A stretch of 41,901 bases of DNA from a virus. Shown here in pieces: positions 34,966 to 41,901 of this stretch (the first letter of the stretch is position 1; each line of letters starts with the position of its first letter). Location of the stretch: the UHGV virus genome UHGV-0849750. One strand, written 5' to 3'. Under the pieces are notes generated by a model. The model did not search any database and was not told where the DNA came from. It saw only the letters and a program-made list of their open reading frames with translations. The translations under genes were made by a program, and so were the position numbers.

Positions 34966-35177
34966 TGATTGGCAACCCTAAGGCTCCCACCCCGCAACCC
35001 TAAAGCTAACGGTCGGCAAGCCTAAGCCTCCCGAGCGGGACACATAGGTCTCCCGAGCGCAAGGCATATGTACCCGATACGGCTCAATCGTACCCACGTC
35101 ACCACAGACGTGTACCCGATACCGCCAATTCGTACCCACATCACTAGACAATATCAACCAATAACACAATAAAGAAA

Positions 35178-35810
35178 ATGGAAGCAATAAGCATCAAGCA
35201 AGGAGCGCACAGCGCACTACTACTCCACCTCGCTCAGATACAGAGCGAGCTGAAAGCCCCCAAGGGACAGCGTAACACCTTCGGGAAGTATAACTATCGC
35301 AGTTGCGAGGATATACTCGAGGCTGTCAAGCCTCTACTCACCGTGCGGGGACTAGTCCTCCTCATCACGGACGACATTGTCCAGATAGGCGAGCGATACT
35401 ACGTCCGTGCTACAGCCACCATCTACGACAGCGAGGGGAGCTACATCAGCAACTCAGCACTAGCCCGTGAGGAGGCAGTGAAGAAAGGTATGGACGCTTC
35501 GCAGATAACGGGAGCGACCAGCTCATACGCCCGCAAGTACGCCCTCAACGGACTCTTCGCCATCGACGATACCAAGGACGCTGACGCTACCAACAAGGGG
35601 CAGGACGAGCCAAAGCCCGCAAAGGCAACCGCACAGCCAGCCTTTACGGACGAGATCAAAGGCGCACTAGCCAAGGCGCAGACGGTGCAGGAGCTAGTGG
35701 AGACCTTCGGCAGGCTCCCGCAGGCACTACGAAACAGCGCAGATGTCAAGAGCTACTGCGCTCACCTCAAGGGCAAACTAGAGACCCCACAACCAGCGAC
35801 ACAAAAATAG
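35178..35810 (+). CDS. ERF-family single-strand annealing protein (210 aa)
   Basis: Conserved ERF segments NTFGKYNYRSCEDILEAVKPLL and SYARKYALNGLF. Confidence 0.65.
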   Translation: MEAISIKQGAHSALLLHLAQIQSELKAPKGQRNTFGKYNYRSCEDILEAVKPLLTVRGLVLLITDDIVQIGERYYVRATATIYDSEGSYISNSALAREEAVKKGMDASQITGATSSYARKYALNGLFAIDDTKDADATNKGQDEPKPAKATAQPAFTDEIKGALAKAQTVQELVETFGRLPQALRNSADVKSYCAHLKGKLETPQPATQK

Positions 35811-35886
35811 ACACCTATCTATCAATCAATAGACAGCTGTCTATCACTCAAAAGACAGCTGTCTAATTTCAAGCAAGCAAAAGACA

Positions 35887-36804
35887 ATGAAAGCAACCGA
35901 TTTAACAACCTCGCCGATCATCTTTGATCCCGAGGCACACGAGTACCTACTCGTCGGGGAGGACTTCACCTACACCGCCTACAGCGGGGTCACCTCCATA
36001 CTCAGCCAAGTACTATTCCCCAGCAAGTACAAGGACGTGGACGAGGACGTGCTGGCGAGAGCAGCCGCACGAGGCACTCGCATTCACGAGCTATGCCAAG
36101 CGACCGACACGATACACACGGACAGACGGGAGGGCGACGAGCAATACGCACCCGAGGTCGCCAACTACGAGCTAATCAAGGTGAGCAACGACATCACGAT
36201 GGTCGCCAACGAGTACCTCGTGAGCCGTGACGACTGGGGCATAGCTAGTCAGATAGACTGCGTGGACAGCGAGGGCAACCTCTACGACATCAAGACCACC
36301 TACCGACTAGACACGGAGTACGTCTCCTGGCAACTGAGCTTCTACGCTGAAATGTTCGAGCGACAAAATCCCGACCTCAAGGCGGGCAAGCTATACGCCA
36401 TCTGGCTACGAGGTGCCGAGAGCAAGCTCGTAGAGGTACCACGCAAGACACCCGAGCAAATCGAGCAGGTCATCAAGGCATGGCAGGCGGGCGAGACGCT
36501 CACATCAGCTGACGGAGACGACATAGACCGCCTCGTAGCTATCGAGGAGCAGATAGCCATCCTCAAGGACTCGCTCAGCGAGCTAGAGAGCAAGCGACTC
36601 CAAGCACTCGAGCCGATACAAGCTAAGATGGTCGAGGACGGAGTTAAGAGCGTGGACAACCCACGCATCAAGATAACCCTCGTAGCGGACAGCACCTCCA
36701 CACGCTTCGACAGCAAGCGGTTCAAGGCTGACCACAGCGACCTCTTCAAGGAGTACAGCACGGAGACAACCCGTGCAGGCTACATCAAGACAACACTAAT
36801 CTAA
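35887..36804 (+). CDS. PD-(D/E)xK recombination exonuclease (Cas4/RecB-like fold), 305 aa
   Basis: D…D/E…K arrangement (…IDCVDSEGNLYDIKTT…) and position next to ERF and SSB. Confidence 0.45.
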   Translation: MKATDLTTSPIIFDPEAHEYLLVGEDFTYTAYSGVTSILSQVLFPSKYKDVDEDVLARAAARGTRIHELCQATDTIHTDRREGDEQYAPEVANYELIKVSNDITMVANEYLVSRDDWGIASQIDCVDSEGNLYDIKTTYRLDTEYVSWQLSFYAEMFERQNPDLKAGKLYAIWLRGAESKLVEVPRKTPEQIEQVIKAWQAGETLTSADGDDIDRLVAIEEQIAILKDSLSELESKRLQALEPIQAKMVEDGVKSVDNPRIKITLVADSTSTRFDSKRFKADHSDLFKEYSTETTRAGYIKTTLI

Positions 36805-36824
36805 TTTTCAAACGCAATACAATT

Positions 36825-37487
36825 ATGACTATCCAACCAAAGAGCAAGGAAGCAGTAGCATGGACGGGCGAGTGTCCGATCACCTACGTAGACTTTGACA
36901 CACCACGAGAGCCACGATTCGAGGGGCAGAAGCCCCAATACCAGTGCATCGTCCTCATCGACAAAGGGGACAAGGCGACACTCAAGGCTATCGGTGACGC
37001 TATCCAAGTAGCCAAGGAGAAGCTCACGGACACCGATCCAGCCGACCCATTCGCTCCATTCCTCAAGGACGGAGACGAGCGCACGGATAAAAATGGTGAC
37101 CCCGTGGAGTCCTTCCAAGGCAAGTGGTACTTCACCGCAAAGAACACCGAGAGACCTAACGTCTACAAGCTTACCGACACGGGAGCCGAGCCTGCAGAGA
37201 CGGGCGAGGTGACCAACTGGGACGCAGGGCAGGTGGTCGTATACCTTAACGCTTACGACTACCAAGGACACAAGGGGGTCTCGGCTCGGCTCCTCGGATT
37301 TTGTAAGACTGGCTCAGTCCGTGAGCCACGGGAGACGATGCCAGTCGATGCAATGTTCGGACACCTCGGTGCCACAGCTACAGCCCCAGCCAATAGCCAA
37401 CAGCCAACGGCTAACAGCCAACAACCCCTGCAGACGGGCTTCGACCCCAACGCACAAGCAAGTAGCAACGACGACTTCCCCTTCTAG
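36825..37487 (+). CDS. Single-stranded DNA-binding protein with C-terminal acidic tip DDFPF (220 aa)
   Basis: C-terminal …SSNDDFPF resembles the SSB protein-interaction tail (DDDIPF). Preceded by ANSQQPTANSQQP linker. Sits in the recombination/replication module. Confidence 0.55.
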   Translation: MTIQPKSKEAVAWTGECPITYVDFDTPREPRFEGQKPQYQCIVLIDKGDKATLKAIGDAIQVAKEKLTDTDPADPFAPFLKDGDERTDKNGDPVESFQGKWYFTAKNTERPNVYKLTDTGAEPAETGEVTNWDAGQVVVYLNAYDYQGHKGVSARLLGFCKTGSVREPRETMPVDAMFGHLGATATAPANSQQPTANSQQPLQTGFDPNAQASSNDDFPF

Positions 37488-37489
37488 CT

Positions 37490-39970
37490 ATGGTCACACC
37501 CGACTCTACATATACTATCGCAGTAGGGCGGTCAAGGCGGGACACTGAGTGGCACAACACAGCGGTCACGTGGGGCAAGCTCAAGGAGCTACTCCAGCAC
37601 AGACGCACAGCCTGCACCCTTAGAGAGTACCAACAACTCTCTAAAGAGGAGCAGGGGCGCATCAAAGACGTGGGGGGCTTCGTGGGCGGGGAACTCAAAG
37701 CGGACGGCAGGCGCACAGCTGACAACATCAATTATCGCACGCTCCTGACGCTAGACGTAGACCACGCTACCAAGCTACCGACCAAGATAGCACCGCACTA
37801 CGCCCTCATCGTCTACTCCACACACAGCCACACACCCGAGGCTCCTCGCTATCGGGTGGTGGCTCCCCTATCCCGTCCGTGCAACGACATCGAGTACCAA
37901 GCGGTGGCGCATCGTATGGCAGAGGGGCTGGGCGTGGACATAGTCGATATGACCTCCTGCGAGCCGTCACGACTGATGTACTGGGCAGCAGCACCTCGGG
38001 ACGCTGAGACCTACTACTACCAGCAGGACGGGGAGCCAGTAGACGTGGACGCTATGCTGGCAACCTACAAGGACTACACCAACACAGCCGAGTGGGCAGG
38101 CGCACCACGAGTGGGCAGACCACGCACCACACCACGAGGAGCCTCGGCACGTATGGAGGATCCACGCACTAAGGACAACATCGTCGGCTCGTGGTGCCGT
38201 ACCTACGACTGCATCGACGTACTCGAGCAGATGATCCCTAACCTCTACAAGCCAGCGGGCATTAACAGATACACACACATAGGATCGTCATCGTGGGGCG
38301 GGCTTTGCATCTACGACAACGGCACATTCTGCTACTCATTCCACGAGAGCGACCCGATAGGCGGGCAACTGCTCAACGCATGGGATCTCTACAGACTGAC
38401 GCACTTCGCACACTTAGATGCACGAGCAGCCGACACCACACGAGCCGACAGACTACCCAGTTACACAGCTATGGCAGAGTACGCACTAATGATACCCGAG
38501 GTCAAGCGGGACTACCTCGCACACACCAAGGCACGCAACACAGCAGACCTCAGCGAGGTGGGGTTCTCCTTTGCGGACACAACCACTTCCAGCACGGACA
38601 CGGATAACGAGGACGACACCGACGACTGGCTCAGCGAGCTAGCAACAGATGCCAAGGGCAACATCGCCAACACGCTGACCAACTACGCTCTGATTCTCAA
38701 GCACGACCCCAACGCTATCAAGGGGCGGGTCGTTTACGACGAGTTTCGAGGCGAGAAGCGGGTCATCGGTGACCTCCCGTGGGAGCGCACGGACGGCACC
38801 TCGTGGACAGACGCTGACACAGCCTGCCTAGCCCTCTACATAGACCGCACCTACAAGCTACGGAGCAAGGACTACCTCACGATGATGCTCGATGCCGTCA
38901 CGCAGGGCAACGACTTCCGTCGCAACGTGGTGCAGGAGTTTATCGAGCAGGAGCAGTGGGACGGCTCGCCACGAGTGGACAACCTCTTCGTCAAGTATCT
39001 CGGAGCCGAGGACAACGACTACAGCCGTATGATCACCCGCAAGAGCCTTGTCGCCTGCGTGGCACGAGCTTACAAGCCAGGCATCAAGTACGACCAGATA
39101 ACCGTCCTCGTAGGCTCCCAAGGCATCGGCAAGTCGTCAATCTTGCGCAAGCTAGCAGGCGGGGGCGACCTCTTTATGGACAGCTTCACAATGGACGCAC
39201 GCTCCAACAAGATGCAGGAGAGCGTCCGAGGAGCGTGGATAATCGAAATCCCCGAATTGGAAGGCTTTTATAAGCAAGATATGAATGTTATCAAGTCCTT
39301 TGTCAGCAAGCAGAGCGACACCTACCGACCAGCCTACGGACGGGAGCAGATCAAGGTACCACGCACCTGCGTTTTCTTCGCTACGACCAACGAGGGGGAC
39401 TTCCTCCGAGACAGCAGTGGCAACAGAAGATTTTGGATCCTCCAGTGCGGGGAGCCACAAGCACCGCTCAGCGAGCTGACACCCAGCGAGGTGTCGCAAG
39501 TATGGGCAGAGGCTAAGGTCATCTGGGACTCGGGAAAGGAGCGACTATACCTCAACAAGGAGGAGGGCAAGGAGCTAGCCAAGCGACAGCGAGACTACGA
39601 TATGGACAACGACCTCCTCGGAGAGCTACAAGCTTTCCTCGAGATCCGCCTCCCAGCTGACTGGGAGGAGTACAGCAAGCTGGAGCGACGAGCCTACATA
39701 CAAGCACGCAAGAGCGGTGCAGCCTACACACGCACGGAGATGGCAGGTGGCAACCTCATCAACGTCAAGGTCGACGGCGTATGCCCCCGCATCGAGATCT
39801 CAGCCGTGGAAGTCCTCAACGAGTTCTTCGCAGAGGACAACGGACGGGGCAACGTACAGACCCGCAAGGCTAACAGTCTCCTCCGCAAGCTAGAGAACTG
39901 GCAAGAGGGCAACCGCCGACGACTCAGTGGAGGGTACGGAATACAGAAATGCTACGACAAGATACTATGA
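37490..39970 (+). CDS. DNA primase-polymerase (AEP, DxD motif) fused to VirE/D5-type P-loop helicase (826 aa)
   Basis: N-terminal TLDVDHA (DxD). C-terminal Walker A VLVGSQGIGKSS and Walker B-like region. Confidence 0.65.
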   Translation: MVTPDSTYTIAVGRSRRDTEWHNTAVTWGKLKELLQHRRTACTLREYQQLSKEEQGRIKDVGGFVGGELKADGRRTADNINYRTLLTLDVDHATKLPTKIAPHYALIVYSTHSHTPEAPRYRVVAPLSRPCNDIEYQAVAHRMAEGLGVDIVDMTSCEPSRLMYWAAAPRDAETYYYQQDGEPVDVDAMLATYKDYTNTAEWAGAPRVGRPRTTPRGASARMEDPRTKDNIVGSWCRTYDCIDVLEQMIPNLYKPAGINRYTHIGSSSWGGLCIYDNGTFCYSFHESDPIGGQLLNAWDLYRLTHFAHLDARAADTTRADRLPSYTAMAEYALMIPEVKRDYLAHTKARNTADLSEVGFSFADTTTSSTDTDNEDDTDDWLSELATDAKGNIANTLTNYALILKHDPNAIKGRVVYDEFRGEKRVIGDLPWERTDGTSWTDADTACLALYIDRTYKLRSKDYLTMMLDAVTQGNDFRRNVVQEFIEQEQWDGSPRVDNLFVKYLGAEDNDYSRMITRKSLVACVARAYKPGIKYDQITVLVGSQGIGKSSILRKLAGGGDLFMDSFTMDARSNKMQESVRGAWIIEIPELEGFYKQDMNVIKSFVSKQSDTYRPAYGREQIKVPRTCVFFATTNEGDFLRDSSGNRRFWILQCGEPQAPLSELTPSEVSQVWAEAKVIWDSGKERLYLNKEEGKELAKRQRDYDMDNDLLGELQAFLEIRLPADWEEYSKLERRAYIQARKSGAAYTRTEMAGGNLINVKVDGVCPRIEISAVEVLNEFFAEDNGRGNVQTRKANSLLRKLENWQEGNRRRLSGGYGIQKCYDKIL

Positions 39971-39984
39971 AAAAGACCTCCGCA

Positions 39985-40112
39985 AAGGGTGTGATCGGTA
40001 GGTGTGATTGGTGCCGTGATTGGTGGTGTGATCGGTCGGGACTAAACACGGGTAAGTGTGATCGGTCAAAAAGACCAAACACAGCACCAAACACGGGTAC
40101 CAAACACGGGCT
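39985..40112. repeat. Iteron arrays, putative replication origin: five copies of GGTGTGATYGGT then four copies of CCAAACACGGGTA-like units, followed by an AT-rich tract
   Basis: Direct repeats read from sequence immediately downstream of the primase-helicase stop. GATC present in most A-type units. Confidence 0.55.
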
Positions 40113-40358
40113 ATTTTTCAATTTTCCAACTACTTACATACTACTGTGATTGCTGTGTCTAGTATTTCTGAATGTTTGATGAAAAGCGGAGTTTACATAC
40201 AGATAATTGAATATTGGGGTATGTATAGACGGTAGGCGCTCAATACATGCGCGTGCGAGGATTACCAAACACACCCCCCCCCAAGAAAATCGGAGGAACG
40301 GAGGAATCGGAGAGGAGACATTACACGTGCGAGACAACAACGACAAAACAACAACGAG

Positions 40359-40655
40359 ATGAGCAACAAGAGGGAATACAGCGAGAAGTACCTAGAGCGA
40401 AAGCTGGTCGAGCGGATAAAAACACACGGGGGGCTTTGTTTGAAGTTCGCTTCCGTAACCGAGGCAGGCTACCCCGACCGCCTTTGTTTGATGCCCCACG
40501 GCAAGACGCTGTGGGTCGAGCTGAAGACAACGGGGCGCAAGCCGACCAAGCTACAAGAGATACGACACCAAGAGCTACGAGAGCGGGGCTTTGCAGTCTA
40601 CGTCGTGGACGATATGATAACCTTAGAGCAGGCAGTGAGAGATGCTACAGCGTAA
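40359..40655 (+). CDS. VRR-NUC domain nuclease (98 aa)
   Basis: GYPDRLCLMPHGKTLWVELKTTGRKPTKLQ matches the VRR-NUC PD…(D/E)xK core (G.PD…E.K..G…Q). Typical partner of phage SNF2 helicases. Confidence 0.55.
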   Translation: MSNKREYSEKYLERKLVERIKTHGGLCLKFASVTEAGYPDRLCLMPHGKTLWVELKTTGRKPTKLQEIRHQELRERGFAVYVVDDMITLEQAVRDATA

Positions 40656-41859
40656 CCAATTGCACGAGTACCAAGAGCGGGCGGTCGAGTGGATTAAGAC
40701 GCACAAGAGTTGTGCGCTATTTCTGGAGATGGGACTAGGCAAGACCGTCAGCACACTAACAGCTATCGCAGAGCTTAAGGAGGCGGGAGCCGTCTCCTCC
40801 GTGCTGGTGATAGCCCCCAAGCGAGTAGCCGAGCGGACGTGGACGGACGAGATAGAGAGGTGGCAGCACCTCCAAGGACTGACAGCCGTCAAGATACTCG
40901 GCACCCCAGCGCAACGACTCAAGGCACTCAGCACGCCAGCCGACATACACATCATCAACAGAGACAACGTGGCGTGGCTGGACAAGGTGCTGTCGGTACC
41001 GCTTAAGCCCTTCCCCTTTGACGCCTTAGTGATCGATGAGCTGAGTAGCTTCAAGGCATACGGCACCCAACGCTTTAAGGCGATGAAGCACCTCCGCACA
41101 CGCTTTGACCGAATCATCGGGCTAACGGGTACCCCCTCGCCTAACTCGCTAATGGACATTTGGAGCCAGCTCTACATACTTGACGGAGGCGAGCGTCTCG
41201 GGGAGTACATAACCAAGTACCGACAGACGTACTTCACCCCAGGGCGAGGTCGTGGGCATATCGTCTACGAGTGGATTATCAAGCCGTGGGCATCGGACGC
41301 TATCTACGGGCGCATCGGAGACATCTGTATGAGTATGAGAGCTGATGACTACCTCACCCTACCGCCCGTCAACTACGTCGACGTCTCAGTCGGACTGACG
41401 GACAAGGAGCGCAAGGAGTACCAAGATTTCAAACGGGATCAAGTCCTCCCGACAGCTGACGGGATCATCACCGCCAGCAACGCAGGCGTACTCTGTGGTA
41501 AGCTCCAGCAGTGGACGGGGGGAGCCATATACACTGAGGAGGGGGCAGCAGCCCCAACCACGCCTGCCAAGCTGGAGCGACTAAAGGAGATGCTCGAGGA
41601 GATTCACACGCCCGTCATCATCGCCTACCATTACAAGCACGAGCTGGCACGACTGAGAGCGGAATTCCCGCAAGCTAAGACGATAGACGAGGCGGGAGTC
41701 TTCGATGCTTGGAATCGTGGCGAGGTGCCTATCCTACTCGGTCACCCAGCCAGCATCGGTCACGGACTCAACCTCCAGCGAGGCGGTCACACGATCATCT
41801 GGTACACCCCCACGTGGAGTCTCGAGCTATACGAGCAATTCAACGCCCGCCTCGCTGGA
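40642..41859 (+). CDS. SNF2-family helicase, N-terminal and central part; gene continues at 3..344 across the circular junction
   Basis: Motif I LEMGLGKTVSTLTAI. DExx-type box VIDELSSFKA. Helicase-C motifs near the end. The annotated stop at 41863-41865 is created by the terminal inverted artefact. Confidence 0.7.
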
Positions 41860-41901
41860 GGTTGAGTCCGTGACCGATGCTGGCTGGGTGACCGAGTAGG
41901 A
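41860..41901. other. 42-nt segment that is the reverse complement of bases 1-46; probable assembly artefact at the contig end
   Basis: TGGAGGTTGAGTCCGTGACCGATGCTGGCTGGGTGACCGAGTAGGA is the reverse complement of 1..46. It truncates the helicase reading frame artificially. Confidence 0.6.

Noticed and set aside
39985-40112. CRISPR array
   Set aside because: Repeat units are only 12-13 nt, directly abutting or irregularly spaced, with no unique spacers of constant length. No cas genes.
39949-40149. 66-aa ORF (MLRQDTMKKTSAKGVIGRCDWCRDWWCDR…) overlapping the iteron region
   Set aside because: Its repetitive CDW/CDR residues are just the translation of the GTGTGATYGGT and CCAAACACGGG direct repeats. 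More parsimonious as a non-coding origin.
41860-41901. Biological inverted terminal repeat or hairpin telomere
   Set aside because: A 125-bp direct overlap shows simple circular closure. The 42-nt inverted piece truncates an essential gene and is most simply an assembly fold-back. The phage has an integrase and no protelomerase-like gene.

Overview
The window reads as a complete, circularly closed temperate phage genome of about 41.7 kb (tailed, siphovirus-like), not a chromosomal segment. Positions 1-125 are repeated exactly at 41735-41859. The SNF2 helicase gene that begins at 40642 continues in frame into 3..344, so the contig wraps on itself. GC content is about 55-58%, with a few AT-richer islands. 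Gene starts have no Shine-Dalgarno sequences but have A/C-rich leaders. At least four promoter-like sites carry the Bacteroidetes sigma-A -7 element TAnnTTTG with TTTG about 20 bp upstream (TACCTTTG three times, TATCTTTG once). This points to a Bacteroidales-type host with unusually high GC. Gene order is classical: a replication/early block (SNF2 tail, acidic protein, HTH); a terminator and promoter; TerS, TerL, a DnaA-domain-IV-like HTH protein, portal and small proteins; a MuF/SPP1-gp7 head-morphogenesis protein with a low-GC C-terminal Cys-His-Asp domain, convergent with a small ORF (MuF-type polymorphic toxin with candidate immunity); a weak HKD-like protein; a ParB-domain::DNA methyltransferase fusion; scaffold, major capsid and head-tail joining proteins; major tail protein; a transmembrane/coiled-coil protein; tail chaperones G/GT with a T_TTT_TTC -1 frameshift site; a 1424-aa tape measure; distal tail proteins and two fibre/receptor-binding proteins; a tyrosine integrase; an accessory island (HigB toxin, HigA-HTH fused to an M78/ImmA-type HExxH metallopeptidase, and a PD-(D/E)xK HsdR-N-like nuclease co-oriented directly downstream of the S24-peptidase CI repressor); a divergent operator/promoter region; small early genes including an AlpA/Xis-like HTH; ERF annealase, PD-(D/E)xK exonuclease and an SSB ending in DDFPF; a prim-pol/VirE-type primase-helicase followed by two families of iterons plus an AT-rich tract (putative ori); and VRR-NUC with SNF2. 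Several sequence-level structures are not explained by genes: a 7-bp-periodic element (GCTAACAGCCAACAGCC...) dispersed at five loci and always in the ANSQ reading register; an exact 14-mer GCTAGAGATTAGAA at three late-gene junctions; a conserved CTAACAC...ACACTATG leader on late genes; repeat clusters upstream of ERF and between the fibre genes; and operator-like palindromes. No endolysin or holin is recognisable. All functional calls come from motifs read by eye, with no database searches.
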